Part shown: positions 18,517 to 29,694 of the stretch, piece by piece | Numbering within the stretch: the stretch's first letter is position 1 | Layout: each line of letters begins with the position of its first letter | Source: a virus | Virus record (IMG/VR): IMGVR_UViG_3300025914_000010 | Location: 14,661 to 78,660 of that record | DNA length: 64,000 nt | Reading direction: 5' to 3' (one strand) | Notes under the pieces: generated by a model | What the model was told of the DNA's origin: nothing | Database searches by the model: none | What the model saw: only the letters and a program-made list of their open reading frames with translations | Position numbers and translations under genes: made by a program

Positions 18517-19860
18517 CTAGCTCTTTAGCATATCAAGCTGTACTTCAACCCGAGTCGCAGCCGCGCAAGCCGGTAGGTTGAACTCGATCCAATCGCCCGC
18601 GCTCACGCTCGTCGTCCAGCCTGTCAGCGTGGTGAAAGCGCCCTTGGTGGAAGCGCTCACGTTCGGCGGCGCGCTCGCGCTGATCTTGTCACCGCTGCCT
18701 GGATGCGTTGCTCCACCATCATATTGGCTTTGAGTGCACTTCCTGATCTCAATCGAGATCGTGTCCGCAGCGTCTGCCCCTACGACCCAACCGGTGATTG
18801 TCCCGGCATAATTGCACCGGATAAAAAAGCGCGTCGCCGCGCACGCAGAACCGCCGCCGTCGAAGACGGCCATAACACAGCCAATCGCCTGATTCGCAGT
18901 CGCGCCGCCGAGTGGAAACGATGTGAAATTGATCGCGTCCGTCCCGATGACCGGCGTATCGGTGGTGCAGCTCCACGCTTTCCCCGCGTTGCTGGTGCCC
19001 GAGACCACGAAGATCAGCCGCTTGCTGAACTCGTTGTCATACTGCATGTCCTGAGCGCGGGTCAGCACGAAAGTGTGCGAGCCATCGCCCACCGTGGTCA
19101 TCACGTACAGGCCGTTTTGTGCCGGAGCCGCCTGGTCTTTCACCAGGATCCTGCCGCGAATACCCATCGTCACGCCGTCGATCACCAGCGCGCCGTTGCT
19201 CGCGGCCGTCAGCGTGGCGCCCACGCCTGAGCTGCCATTGCTGTAGGTGCAGCTCGGCAGCGCGGCGGTCGTCGCCACTCCCGCGGTGGTAGCCATCAGG
19301 CCGGTCGCGTTATTGTTCAGGATCGCGAGCGTCACGGCATCCTGCAGGGAGGCCGGGTCCGCCAGGTTCGTCAGCTTGTGCGATCCTAGCGACTGGTCGC
19401 CAGTGAACGGCTTCGTGCCGTCCTGGTGAATAAACGCGTCCGGCAGCGTCGCCAGCAGTTGAGACGGCGACCTGCTCCCCCACACGCCGCTCACGCTCTG
19501 GATAACGTTGTTGTGCATCGCGGACAGGCTGCTGATCGTGTCGAGCGCGCCGCTGTAGTTCGGAGCGTAGTAATCGACGCCGCGAACCGCGATCGAAACC
19601 GATGCGACCCCGCCGCTCACATCCTGCCGAAGAATGCCGCTCGTCAATGCACCCAGGTTGACTTCGTTCGTCAGGCCCGCTTCGGCTTGCGTCGTCACAA
19701 ACCGCGCCGTCGAAGGTGCGCCGCCTGCTGATCCACCTCCGCTGCTGGCAGTTTCCCAGTCGGCGTTGAAGTCGGCGGCGTCGATTTTCGTCACGACCTG
19801 GCCCGCAAGCCCGCTCGGAGGGAGACCGCCTTGCTTTGGTGCGACTTTGGTGGTTGACAT
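18517..19860 (-). CDS. Tail fibre-like protein
   Basis: KLTNLADP...QDAVT and RILVKDQ....QNGLYV fibre motifs. Confidence 0.75.
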   Translation of the reverse strand: MSTTKVAPKQGGLPPSGLAGQVVTKIDAADFNADWETASSGGGSAGGAPSTARFVTTQAEAGLTNEVNLGALTSGILRQDVSGGVASVSIAVRGVDYYAPNYSGALDTISSLSAMHNNVIQSVSGVWGSRSPSQLLATLPDAFIHQDGTKPFTGDQSLGSHKLTNLADPASLQDAVTLAILNNNATGLMATTAGVATTAALPSCTYSNGSSGVGATLTAASNGALVIDGVTMGIRGRILVKDQAAPAQNGLYVMTTVGDGSHTFVLTRAQDMQYDNEFSKRLIFVVSGTSNAGKAWSCTTDTPVIGTDAINFTSFPLGGATANQAIGCVMAVFDGGGSACAATRFFIRCNYAGTITGWVVGADAADTISIEIRKCTQSQYDGGATHPGSGDKISASAPPNVSASTKGAFTTLTGWTTSVSAGDWIEFNLPACAAATRVEVQLDMLKS

Positions 19861-19863
19861 CGT

Positions 19864-21633
19864 TTATGAAAGCGCGTGGAGCGCCGTCGTCTCCTCGGGC
19901 ACGTACACCAGGCTGTCGCCGAGGGTCGGCGTGAGCGGGAACAGACTGTCGAACGTCTTGGATTGCAGCGTTCCATCCGAAATCGCAATCCGCAGGAGCG
20001 AACTACGCGCAATGAGCACGTAGCCGTCGTTACCGATAACCGGAGCCATTGCATGAGCGTTGCCTATCCGCTCACTGGTGTCGGTGTGTGTGTAAATCCA
20101 GTTCTCTGCGCCCGTCGCGGCGTCCAGGCAAACGCAGCAATCATTGCTGCTCGTGCCGTTAATCGGCACCACAACCACGCCTGCGCCAACGCTCAATCCT
20201 TCGCTGAACTCCTGCTGCGCCATGTGCGTCTTGTAGTATTTCCAGACAAAGGAGCCGGTCGCAGCGTCCAGGCAGACGACGCAGTATCCCGGCGGATTGC
20301 TGCTGTCTCCAGCAGTCAGGAAGTAGAGATTGCCCCCTGAAATCGAAGGCGCGTATATTTCGTTACCAGAGAAGCCACCCGTCCACGACGAGCCGTCAGA
20401 TGTCCATGTGACTGCTCCCGTCGCCGCATTGTGCTTGATAACGGCCTGGTTAGAGCCGTTCATCACGAGATACACAGAACCTGAACTGTAGAGGAACCAG
20501 TTAAACTGATAGACGGTTTGCGGCCCATCCCATATCGCGCCGGGATCGCTGTCCCACGAGTGGTGAACGGTCCCGTTCGAAGCGTTGAGTGCGACGATCC
20601 AGCCGTTGCCGGTCGAGTTGTTGCTGATCGCACAATAGATAAACCCGTCATCGCCAACACTCGCGGAAAGTGCGAGCACGGAGTCCGGTGATGGATCGTA
20701 ATTCCAGAGCAAGTTTAGATCAAGATCATAAGCGTCTACCCCACCGTTGCTCGGGTTGTCCCGCACGATGATGATGGTGTTGCCAACCGTAGTCAGCGGC
20801 TGCGGGTTCAGGTTGAAAGACGATAGGTCTAGGATCGCCCGCTGCGTTCCGTCCGGGTTTATCGTCACCATGTTCAGGTTGTTGTCGAGGATCACCAGCG
20901 ATCCGTTATCGGTCTGCACGGCGGGCGATCCGAAGCCCGCGCTCCCGTAAGACCAGCACTCAGTCCCAACGTCCGTCGCTGCGTCTCGGAAACTAGCCAG
21001 CGCCGCCGTTCCGCCGAACATAAACCATCCGCCGGTTGTATCATCCGTACACCCGCCACCGCCGCCGCCGCCACCCCCGCCAGTTGTCTGCGCCACCGTG
21101 AGCCGCCCGTTCTTTTTGTAAGTGACGACCAGCTTGTCAGTCGCATCAGGCGCAACTACAAAGGTTATTGTCTCGCTCGAAATTGTGTAATCATCGCCGC
21201 CTGCCTGCTGCAGCAATCCATTCAGAAACACATGATCGGAGCCGGTCACCGGCACATACGTGAGCGTGAACACCTTATTCGAACTGTTCTTACTGCCGCT
21301 CGGTGCTTCTTTGAATATCCATCCGTCATCGACCGAGACGACCTGCCCGGAGTTGCCTCCTCCGATCTGTCCACCGCCGCCGATGAACATGCTGTAGGCG
21401 CTGCTGCTCGTGCGCTCAATCGAAACGACATCGTTGAAACTCGGCGGCGATTGCGGCGTAAACGGAACGTCGGTCATGTAGACCGGATTGCCGTTATTAT
21501 CGACCATCCCGACATCGAGGATCGCCGTATTGGTCGTCGCGTTGACCGAAACGACGCGACCGCTCTGGATAGAACGGTCGCGTCGCGCTCGAAGCCCGTA
21601 ATCCTCTGTGTTGCGAACTAAGTTTCCCGGCAT
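19864..21633 (-). CDS. Tail spike / receptor-binding protein with PQQ-like beta-propeller
   Basis: N-terminal OB-like segment, VFLNGLLQ..DYT module, poly-Gly linker, repeated CLDAATG...W blades. Confidence 0.7.
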   Translation of the reverse strand: MPGNLVRNTEDYGLRARRDRSIQSGRVVSVNATTNTAILDVGMVDNNGNPVYMTDVPFTPQSPPSFNDVVSIERTSSSAYSMFIGGGGQIGGGNSGQVVSVDDGWIFKEAPSGSKNSSNKVFTLTYVPVTGSDHVFLNGLLQQAGGDDYTISSETITFVVAPDATDKLVVTYKKNGRLTVAQTTGGGGGGGGGGCTDDTTGGWFMFGGTAALASFRDAATDVGTECWSYGSAGFGSPAVQTDNGSLVILDNNLNMVTINPDGTQRAILDLSSFNLNPQPLTTVGNTIIIVRDNPSNGGVDAYDLDLNLLWNYDPSPDSVLALSASVGDDGFIYCAISNNSTGNGWIVALNASNGTVHHSWDSDPGAIWDGPQTVYQFNWFLYSSGSVYLVMNGSNQAVIKHNAATGAVTWTSDGSSWTGGFSGNEIYAPSISGGNLYFLTAGDSSNPPGYCVVCLDAATGSFVWKYYKTHMAQQEFSEGLSVGAGVVVVPINGTSSNDCCVCLDAATGAENWIYTHTDTSERIGNAHAMAPVIGNDGYVLIARSSLLRIAISDGTLQSKTFDSLFPLTPTLGDSLVYVPEETTALHALS

Positions 21634-21695
21634 GGCTATATATTTTCCTGCCCTATGTCGGGTACAATACTCATATCAGCGGAATAGGAGTATTT

Positions 21696-22013
21696 ATGCA
21701 AATCACAGAGTTCGTAGAGATGCTTTGTCGCGAAATCAAAAAGATCGGATCGCAGAAAAAAGCCGCTCAGGAGTGGGGCATTTCAACCCAATACCTGAAC
21801 GACGTTATTCGGTATCGACGCGAGCCGGGCCGCAAGATACTCGACGAATTCGGAATGTATAAATCTGTCACCTACGAGATGAAAAATATCTCTGGCGTCG
21901 GATTTGCGCATGAAACCTTGCCCGAACACATCAATCAGAATTTCGAATATTCGCCAAGCACCGACCTTACACCTTACATCATCCGTGAAGATGCACTGGA
22001 GGATGAAGTATGA
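21696..22013 (+). CDS. HTH (Cro/XRE-like) protein
   Basis: SQKKAAQEWGISTQYLNDVIRYRREPG. Confidence 0.7.
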   Translation: MQITEFVEMLCREIKKIGSQKKAAQEWGISTQYLNDVIRYRREPGRKILDEFGMYKSVTYEMKNISGVGFAHETLPEHINQNFEYSPSTDLTPYIIREDALEDEV

Positions 22014-22726
22014 ATTCTGCGCAGGAGCAATTGGACTTGTTCGGGCAAATCCCTGTTACCGAGTTCTGTCACAAATGTAAACGCGACAAACCATTGTCGG
22101 ATTTTCACAAATGCCGATGGCGTAAACATGGTGTTCATTGGTGGTGCAAGGAATGCAGACGCACTCACGAAAAGAACTTGTATAGGAAGCCCCCAAAGAC
22201 TAGCATCAGATGGACACCGCCGCCAACCGACACAGAAAAAATGTGTTCTAAATGCCGAGCATGGAAACCGTTTGATGCTTTTCGCCCACGGTCTGATCGT
22301 CCTACCAGGATGAACTCAGAGTGCCGTGTGTGCGAAGATGAATATCGTCTTCGATCTCGTCGTGAGCGGCGGCAAAAAGTAATCGAGCACTACGGCGGCA
22401 AATGCGTTTATTGTGAAGAAGACCGTCTGGAGTACCTGGAAATGGACCATGTAAACAATGACGGCAAATTCCACAGAATGCGCAATAGCGATAAAGGGAA
22501 TGCAAGTGAAATTTGCGGTTGGCTTATTAAGCATAACTTCCCAAACAATTTTCAAATTTTGTGTACCAAGTGCAACCTTGCAAAGTCTAGGTTTTCCGGC
22601 GAGATGCCACCACTTTTTAAGCAAGTGGGCAGCCTTGCATGGAAACAGGCAATCCATTGGCTTGTTAGTCAAATGGGCGGTCGCGATGCTGTTTTGGCAG
22701 AAGTTCAAAGTTTGTCTTCTACATAA
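22010..22726 (+). CDS. HNH endonuclease with Zn-finger repeats
   Basis: YGGKCVYC..LEMDHVNNDG..QILC..CN..K. Confidence 0.85.
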   Translation: MNSAQEQLDLFGQIPVTEFCHKCKRDKPLSDFHKCRWRKHGVHWWCKECRRTHEKNLYRKPPKTSIRWTPPPTDTEKMCSKCRAWKPFDAFRPRSDRPTRMNSECRVCEDEYRLRSRRERRQKVIEHYGGKCVYCEEDRLEYLEMDHVNNDGKFHRMRNSDKGNASEICGWLIKHNFPNNFQILCTKCNLAKSRFSGEMPPLFKQVGSLAWKQAIHWLVSQMGGRDAVLAEVQSLSST

Positions 22727-25211
22727 TAATGCACGAATCGGCATTTCCGGGTGTCCACTGTCGTGCCCTTGTTCTCATGCTGTTCCATATTCTGAACCAT
22801 ATTCTTAATCCTGAAAGATTAGTCGTCGTTCTTAAAGTGAAGACAAAATTTAATTGGCCGTCATCAACATTATTCCACTGTTTCGAGGCTAAAATTCTGT
22901 CCGGTGCCCACCAATTCCAGATGTCGTCGTGCAGCGGCCATGAAGCAACCCTGTTGTCGGGGTTCGTCGGTTCCGAAGCACTCACCGCCGCTCCGACGTA
23001 ACTCTGCGTGAAGCCGCAGCTCGGCGCGGTCCAGAGACCGAGGAATTGGTAGGTGTAATACCCTTGCGCGTCGGGACCGGCGGAAATAATGTTGTCAACC
23101 GTAAAATCGGTGATCGTGTAACACGTGATGCTCTGGCTGAAAGAGCCAGGCGTCGCCGTCAGGATTGCGCTCGGCAGCGACTCGTTCCCATCTGCATCCA
23201 CTGAAGTTACGTACACCCACACCTGCACCCCGGCGGTCAGCGGGCCGAGGATGGACGCGCCGGATGCCGGGTCTGCGACTTTATAGAACGCAAAACCGCT
23301 GTTCTCGCTCGTCGAGGAAAGATAGACATTCACGTGATCGACGGTCGGGTCGGTGATGAAATCGAAAAGCGCGGTCAGTTCTGTTGGGTCGCCGCCGACG
23401 ATATTTAAATCCGTCAGGTTGGGAGCCGTCGCCGCCTGCGTCACGTACGGGATGAACTCGCCCTTCGCGAGCCACTGCCCGTAGGTGATGCTATGCGTGA
23501 TCGCTACGAGCGACCACAGTTCCTGTAGCCTCTCTTTACCAGTCGCACTCGAAGCCCGAGCATAGAGATTGGGGCGCGCAGGTGCTCGGAACCCGAATAT
23601 CTGCTTGATGCGCGTCTCGAATGTCGGGCGAATTCCGGCGCTTAAAGTCTCCAGGTTCCACGCGTAATCGCGCAGGAAGTGGTCGGCAACTTTCTCTCGC
23701 AGCGGGATCGTGCTCGCAAGCGGGTTGGTGATCCGTGTCGTCCGTGTGCCGTATCGCGCGACGCTGTTCGGTTCAAATCCTGTAATCGTCCCGGACCCGC
23801 TCGCCTTGCTGGTGCCGGTCTGCACGACCACACGATTGCGCATCTGCTTACCAGTCGCCTGCCGTTCGCAGTCGAACACGTCGTAGCAGCCATCATTGGC
23901 AGCGATGCACACGCGATCGGGATAATCCTGGCTGAAGGGCGGCTCAACCGCCTGCAGCACTCCATTTCCATCAGCATAGAAATTCCAGCCGATAACGCCG
24001 AACAACTCCTCGCAGTACCCAAGCATCGAATTCGTCTGGCCCTGCCAGAGCGGATAACGCAGGCCAGTCAGATTGCTGCCGTTCGCCCATCCGATCTCGG
24101 AACTGCTGAACGGCGCATCGTACTCCGATTCCGACTTCCAGTAAGCGGTGCTCGTCAGCAGCGAATAGACGATATCAGCAAGTTCGATCCCGCCACTGCT
24201 CGTCTGCCGGTACGGTGCCGTCAAAAACACGTCGTTGTTGTCTGCGAGCCGCTTCTTCATATCCACAGCCACGCATCGCACCTTCCCGGTATTCGAGAAG
24301 TCGAGCGTGTCGCCGAGGAACCCAGTAAAGATGTTCGCGCCAAGAGCCTTGTATATCTCGCCTCCATAGACCGCCAACTCGTCTAGCCCTAGCGTCTGCG
24401 CACCGGTCGGGATGATCCGAAAGCGAATGTACCGCGCCGACGCCCGCAGGTCCGTAAACACCACATCAACTGTCGTGCCTTGCCGACTGTCCCCCCAATC
24501 GCCAGGATCAATGCTCACCGATCCGTTGCCACCAACCGGGCGCGTCGGCCAGGGAGTGTAATCGGTTCCGTTGGTCGAAAGCGCCACGGTCACGGAAGAA
24601 GGCAGGCGGAAATCCGTGCCGCTCGACCCTCCTACGTACGTCGCAAACCGGATCACGCAGTGCTTGATGTCGCTCGCGGCTCCGAGATCAACCGTCAGGT
24701 CGATGGGCGTCGCATCTGTGGGCGCGAACTCCACGTATCCGCTGATACTGTTCGTGATGTTCCCGAGGATACCGTCGGTCAGCACGCTCAACGGCCCCGC
24801 GCTCGGGCTGCGGGTGCTCGTGACGCTTAGCCCGACCGCGAGGTTGGTGTAACAGTTCGTGCCGACACGAGCGACGATCTTGCGCGCTTCATCCAGCAGT
24901 GGGTCAAAGTCGCCGTTGGTGTTGAAATTATACGGACTTTGCTTATTCTTCCGTCCGTAGAACCCGTACTGGTCGGGCAGGGTGAACGAGAGCGTGGACG
25001 GCTGCTTGTAAACCTGCGCCAATTCTAAGCCATTATCCGGCCCCGTGATCGGCTGCTCGGGAAAGAGATGCCACGCCGAATCGCGGCGATACCACAACTC
25101 GATCGGGTTTTCCGCATATCGAGAGATGCGGTGCACGCGAGCAGCCAGCGTTCGTGCGTCGCTGTCGATCTCCTGTATCTGGGTCTCGTACGTCGCAAAC
25201 GGGTTGCTCAT
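22719..25211 (-). CDS. Tail hub / baseplate-like protein with discoidin and FN3-like domains
   Basis: Immediately after the tape measure gene; LTDG..TVDLG..ARYIRF and VTSVDADGNES motifs. Confidence 0.7.
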   Translation of the reverse strand: MSNPFATYETQIQEIDSDARTLAARVHRISRYAENPIELWYRRDSAWHLFPEQPITGPDNGLELAQVYKQPSTLSFTLPDQYGFYGRKNKQSPYNFNTNGDFDPLLDEARKIVARVGTNCYTNLAVGLSVTSTRSPSAGPLSVLTDGILGNITNSISGYVEFAPTDATPIDLTVDLGAASDIKHCVIRFATYVGGSSGTDFRLPSSVTVALSTNGTDYTPWPTRPVGGNGSVSIDPGDWGDSRQGTTVDVVFTDLRASARYIRFRIIPTGAQTLGLDELAVYGGEIYKALGANIFTGFLGDTLDFSNTGKVRCVAVDMKKRLADNNDVFLTAPYRQTSSGGIELADIVYSLLTSTAYWKSESEYDAPFSSSEIGWANGSNLTGLRYPLWQGQTNSMLGYCEELFGVIGWNFYADGNGVLQAVEPPFSQDYPDRVCIAANDGCYDVFDCERQATGKQMRNRVVVQTGTSKASGSGTITGFEPNSVARYGTRTTRITNPLASTIPLREKVADHFLRDYAWNLETLSAGIRPTFETRIKQIFGFRAPARPNLYARASSATGKERLQELWSLVAITHSITYGQWLAKGEFIPYVTQAATAPNLTDLNIVGGDPTELTALFDFITDPTVDHVNVYLSSTSENSGFAFYKVADPASGASILGPLTAGVQVWVYVTSVDADGNESLPSAILTATPGSFSQSITCYTITDFTVDNIISAGPDAQGYYTYQFLGLWTAPSCGFTQSYVGAAVSASEPTNPDNRVASWPLHDDIWNWWAPDRILASKQWNNVDDGQLNFVFTLRTTTNLSGLRIWFRIWNSMRTRARQWTPGNADSCIIM

Positions 25212-28200
25212 ACCGGCTGCAGCCCAAAATCACCGCCGTGGTTGAACAGCGAAGCGGTCCCGAGGCTCGTCTGCTGCGCGATAACGCGCTGCGTCGTCGT
25301 CTTCACGCCATCAACGTAGTTGTTAATCTCGAAGATCGGCGCATTCGTCGGCGGCACGGCAAACCCCACGTTCTGCATCGTCGGCTTGATCCCGTAAGCG
25401 GTGTAGTTGTACGCGCCAATGTCAAATGCTGAAGGAGCGTTGTAGAGACTGGGATTGAGGTCCTGCGGCGTCTGCGTCGGCTTGTTGCTCTGATGGAAAA
25501 GACCGCCGATCAGGTCCGCCACGCCGCCAACGGCCGCGCCGATCAATCCACCGATCGGCCCTCCGAAGCTCGCGCCGATGCTCGCGCCGGTAATCACGCC
25601 GCCAAGGAGGTTCCCCGCATTCACGCCCTGCTGCGCCGCCGTCGCGCCGATGCTGTAGGCCGCGAGCGCTGCACCGCCCGCTTTCTGCAAATCGGTCTGC
25701 CCAGCCTTGCGCCCCTTCGAACTCGTGCCCGTGCTGTTGCCGCCGCCCGTGCCTGCTGCCTGCGCGAAGCCGGCGACCACGCCCGCTGCCACGCTCTGTG
25801 CGACTGGCGAATTCGAAATGTTTCCGGTCGGCACGCCGACGCCGGTTCCTGTACCTGAGAGCGTTGCGTTTAGCGCGTCGAGGGCGTCGGTGTTCCCCTG
25901 GAGGCTCAATATCTGGTTCGTCGTCGTCTGGATAAGGGGATCGGTGAACCGTTTGATCTGCGCCTCAAGCGCGGCATCGACGATCTTCCCGCCAATGTCC
26001 TGTGCTACCGTCCCGATGTCCCCGCGCCCGTGGAAAAAATTCAGGAACGCGCTGTTCACCGTCTCCTTCACGCTCCCGAAGACGTTCTGGTACTTCTGCA
26101 GCGCGCTCTCGATCTTGAAGTCACTCAGGTTCTGCTGCGCCTCCTGCAAGTTCTTCGAAGCCTTGCGGATCTCGCTATTGCCTGTCTCGCTGTACACCCC
26201 CTCGTTGATCTTCTTAACGGCGTCGAGGTGCTCCTGCGCTGTATGGATAAGTTCCTGGTACTTCGCGATCGTATCTTTCGTCGCGGCTCCTTCATCAGCG
26301 GCGAACTTTAACCGGTGCAGATGGTTGATCTCCTCGGCCTTAAGTTGATACGCGTCGGCTTCCGTCTGCACGCGCTTCTGATAGGCTTCCGCCGCAACCT
26401 TGTCCTTGAAGTCGATGAGCGCCGCGTTCGCGTCTGCGAGTTTATTGCGCATCTCCTTGAGTTGATCGACGTTCTCCTGCGTCGGCGATGTGATTTTCGC
26501 GAGAGCATCTACGGCCGCCTGAATGATCTCAACCGCCCGCTGCAGGCGCGAACTCTCGGCTGCGTTCTGGTTCGTGAAGATGTCGTTGCCGCGCGCGCCC
26601 CGCTGGAGCGCGTTCAGCCGGTCCTGTACCGCTTCGCCGAGGCTCTGCCCGTACTGGTTCTGAAGCGCCGCCGGACTGATACCGGTCCCGAAGAAGCCCT
26701 GCATGAAAGTCGTCGCCAGTTCCTTCAACGCATCCTTCTGCGTCGCCCCCGTGCCAGTCAGCCCCGCATTGATCTCCCGCAATTCCCCCGGCCCTGCCGC
26801 TGCCCGTTCCGCGAGGTCGGCTGCCTTTGCCGCTGCAATCGCCTGCGGGCTGAGGACGCCGTGCTGCTTAACGGCGATGTCGTAATCCCGACGCGTCGTC
26901 TCGGCGCGCGCCTTCATCATCGCTTCGGAGGCGTCGTGTGCGTTCTGCCACGCTTCGTTCTCGGCTTTCAGCGCGTCTTCGCGCGCCTTGTCCGCCTTGT
27001 CCGCCAACTCAACCTGCGCACCTTCGCGATTCGCGTTCAGCATCATCCGTGTCGCGTTGTCGTTCTCGGCCTTCGCGATCTGCTTGCGCAGGTTGTCGGT
27101 TTTCACCGCCGCCGCGACAATCTCGGGCGACTGGTAGTTCGGAGCCGCCTTCTCGCTTTCCTGGCCCACAAGGATGTCGAACTGTGCTTTCGCGGTGTTG
27201 TACTTGTCCTTCAGCGCGTCCATGTACTGCCGCGCCGCTTCGTTGGCCGCTCTCTCGGCGTCCTTGTCAGGAGGCGGCGTGTAGCCTCCCTTGACGTGCA
27301 GATTGCCCGTGTTTGGGTTTGCGGGTTGAAGTCCGACGGGAGGCAAACCGAAATGCGCGTTCTGGAGTTGTTGCTGCATAACGCGGGCGTCGCGCTGCAT
27401 CGCCATCTGAACTTCGTGCAGCGAGATCCCCGCTTCCCTGGCGTACCGATACTTCACCATCTCGGCTTCGGCGGGCGTCATGCCGTCGGTGACGAGGTTC
27501 CAGTTCCATCCCTGGCCGATCGGCCTATTCATATCTTGTGGCGCTTGAAACGGACCCGAAGCCTGCGATCTGCGAATATTTCCCAGTGACTGTTGAACTG
27601 CACCCTGCGTGGTAGTTACGGCCTGCCTGACCGGAGCACCAGGTGCTAGAGCGCCGCGAGTGAACGCATCTCGTCCCTGCTGAAAGTCACGAACGATGCG
27701 CATCGCTTCTAGGATGTGCTGCAGGTCGTCCCCGATGCCATGCAGCCAACCACGCAGAGGACTTATATCGATCAGGTTGGATAGATACGAGAAGGCCCCA
27801 CCCCACACTCGTTTCCACTCCTGTTCAGTGGTCGTCATCGTCTGACGCAGATTGTCCGTCTCAGATGTCAACCCGTGCGTCGCCTTGGTAGCAGCATCCA
27901 ATTTCTCCTGGATAACGCGCAGGAACTCGGGGTTAACCGTGCCGAACAACCGCCAAGCCTGCTGCGTGCCGCTGATCGCCTGCGAGAACTTCTGAGCAGT
28001 TGCGACTGGCATTCGGCTCGCGACTTCGTTGAAGTTCTTCATCGTCTGGATCAAATCCAGACCGCCGGACGGAGTAAGCCCTGCCTGAAGTGTCGCGCCC
28101 TTGTTGCTGATAAGCCCGGTCGCGGGATTGAAATGTTGGATCATCTGCGAGATCAACTGCGCCGACTCCGTGCCGCCCATCCTGCCGCGAACGCCCTCGA

Positions 28201-29038
28201 ATGTTAGCGCGGAGATAGTCGCCGCCACTTGCTCCAGCGGTACGTGCGCTGCCTCTGCGATAGGGCCGAGATACTTCAATGAATTCGTGATCTCGGAAAT
28301 CTCAGCCGCCGAGCCTTTCCACATGGACGCCAGCAGTTCGCCGGATCGCCTCATCTTCTCGCTCTGATCGACATTCTTTCCGAGCTGGTCACCAAATTGG
28401 TTGTAAACCTGCAGCATCGCCCGCGTCACGTCGCGCGCATCGCTCTCGGTCCCCACCACGAGGTTCATGCTCGTCTGAAGTGCGGAAAACGCTGCCGCGT
28501 TGTCCTTAATCTGCGTCTTAAGCTGATAGTAAGCCTCACCGATGTCCTTGATATCGGCCCCCGTGCGCGCCGCCTCCGCCGCGAAATCAGCCCGAATTCC
28601 CGGTGTGCTGCCTGCCGGAGAAACCCGCTGAACCCGCGCCGCCTGCTTCTCCATCTCCTTCATCGCTTCAAATGCCGCGGTGATCGATCGCGTCACGCCC
28701 TCGAACACGAGCGAAACGGCGCGGTACTGCAGCATCCGTGCGAACAGGTTCCCCATTTGACCGCTCGCGCTATTCGCGGAATTTCCCATGTTCGTGATGC
28801 TGGTCGTCGCGCTGTTAATCGACCGGTTGACGTTGTTGGTCGTGTTGTTGATCGTCACGAACTGCGAGCCAAGCCGGTTCGCCCCCTGCGCGCTCGCCTG
28901 CATCGCTGCGTTGAAGTTGACGTAGCTTGCCGTGAGCGACTGCAGGCGTCGGTCGTGCGTGCCGAGCGACGTGTTAAGTGCCTGAAGGTCGGAAAGACCG
29001 AGCACTTCTACCTGGATTTGACTGCGCCGAGTTGCCAT
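25208..29038 (-). CDS. Tape measure protein
   Basis: 1276 aa, Ala/Gln-rich, TP901-like core (LKYLGPIA..PLEQVAA..G.MGGT). Confidence 0.92.
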   Translation of the reverse strand: MATRRSQIQVEVLGLSDLQALNTSLGTHDRRLQSLTASYVNFNAAMQASAQGANRLGSQFVTINNTTNNVNRSINSATTSITNMGNSANSASGQMGNLFARMLQYRAVSLVFEGVTRSITAAFEAMKEMEKQAARVQRVSPAGSTPGIRADFAAEAARTGADIKDIGEAYYQLKTQIKDNAAAFSALQTSMNLVVGTESDARDVTRAMLQVYNQFGDQLGKNVDQSEKMRRSGELLASMWKGSAAEISEITNSLKYLGPIAEAAHVPLEQVAATISALTFEGVRGRMGGTESAQLISQMIQHFNPATGLISNKGATLQAGLTPSGGLDLIQTMKNFNEVASRMPVATAQKFSQAISGTQQAWRLFGTVNPEFLRVIQEKLDAATKATHGLTSETDNLRQTMTTTEQEWKRVWGGAFSYLSNLIDISPLRGWLHGIGDDLQHILEAMRIVRDFQQGRDAFTRGALAPGAPVRQAVTTTQGAVQQSLGNIRRSQASGPFQAPQDMNRPIGQGWNWNLVTDGMTPAEAEMVKYRYAREAGISLHEVQMAMQRDARVMQQQLQNAHFGLPPVGLQPANPNTGNLHVKGGYTPPPDKDAERAANEAARQYMDALKDKYNTAKAQFDILVGQESEKAAPNYQSPEIVAAAVKTDNLRKQIAKAENDNATRMMLNANREGAQVELADKADKAREDALKAENEAWQNAHDASEAMMKARAETTRRDYDIAVKQHGVLSPQAIAAAKAADLAERAAAGPGELREINAGLTGTGATQKDALKELATTFMQGFFGTGISPAALQNQYGQSLGEAVQDRLNALQRGARGNDIFTNQNAAESSRLQRAVEIIQAAVDALAKITSPTQENVDQLKEMRNKLADANAALIDFKDKVAAEAYQKRVQTEADAYQLKAEEINHLHRLKFAADEGAATKDTIAKYQELIHTAQEHLDAVKKINEGVYSETGNSEIRKASKNLQEAQQNLSDFKIESALQKYQNVFGSVKETVNSAFLNFFHGRGDIGTVAQDIGGKIVDAALEAQIKRFTDPLIQTTTNQILSLQGNTDALDALNATLSGTGTGVGVPTGNISNSPVAQSVAAGVVAGFAQAAGTGGGNSTGTSSKGRKAGQTDLQKAGGAALAAYSIGATAAQQGVNAGNLLGGVITGASIGASFGGPIGGLIGAAVGGVADLIGGLFHQSNKPTQTPQDLNPSLYNAPSAFDIGAYNYTAYGIKPTMQNVGFAVPPTNAPIFEINNYVDGVKTTTQRVIAQQTSLGTASLFNHGGDFGLQPV

Positions 29039-29083
29039 TGCTGTGAGGTATTATCCTTAACGCTGCATAGGAGGCAGCCGAAC

Positions 29084-29242
29084 ATGCCGAACGAACCACA
29101 ACGCCCACCGATGTCGCCCACTGACCAACTCTCAAGCTGCATCATGTGGAGTTGCGCCGTGATCGTCGTCATCGGCGGCGTCATCGGGCTTATCTTCGCC
29201 GCTATTCTCTTCTCAGGCGCGTGGAAAGTGCTTCATCCCTAA
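29084..29242 (+). CDS. 52-aa membrane protein antisense to the tail genes (moron-like)
   Basis: AGGAGG RBS; one long TM segment. Confidence 0.6.
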   Translation: MPNEPQRPPMSPTDQLSSCIMWSCAVIVVIGGVIGLIFAAILFSGAWKVLHP

Positions 29243-29694
29243 AGTGTCATCTCTTGGACGATAATGTCGCATAGCATCTCGTCGAGATGACCTTCGACCA
29301 TATCCAGCCCTTTTTCGAGAAAGTGCGCGATCTCTTCCCAGTGTTCGGCGTAGTCGAAGCCGCCGTCGGTCGCCTGCCCGTCTTCGACCTGCACCACGAA
29401 CCCGTTTCCGTCGGGGATGACCGTAAGCGCGTTGTACATCTCGCCGCTCAAAATCAGCGGCTGGTCGGGCGATTTCCCTGGGAACCGCCGCAACTCTTTC
29501 AGGGATTGCTTGCGCGCCGCGTATTCCGGCGTCAGTCGATAGAGGTAGTCCTGCCCAAGATTGTGACGGATAGCATCGAGCAGGTACGTTCCCGCCTCCG
29601 ACTGGAAGCGCTCGCGGATACGCTGCGTCAGACCGGATCCCGGCACCGCCTGGAGCGTCGGCAGCGTCAACTTCAACTTCAACTGGTACGGCAT
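29239..29694 (-). CDS. Virion morphogenesis / tail completion-like protein
   Basis: L.PEYAARK..PLILSGEMYNAL motif. Confidence 0.6.
   Translation of the reverse strand: MPYQLKLKLTLPTLQAVPGSGLTQRIRERFQSEAGTYLLDAIRHNLGQDYLYRLTPEYAARKQSLKELRRFPGKSPDQPLILSGEMYNALTVIPDGNGFVVQVEDGQATDGGFDYAEHWEEIAHFLEKGLDMVEGHLDEMLCDIIVQEMTL

Noticed and set aside
17157-21633. Diversity-generating retroelement targeting the tail proteins
   Set aside because: There is no reverse transcriptase and no template/variable repeat pair in the window.
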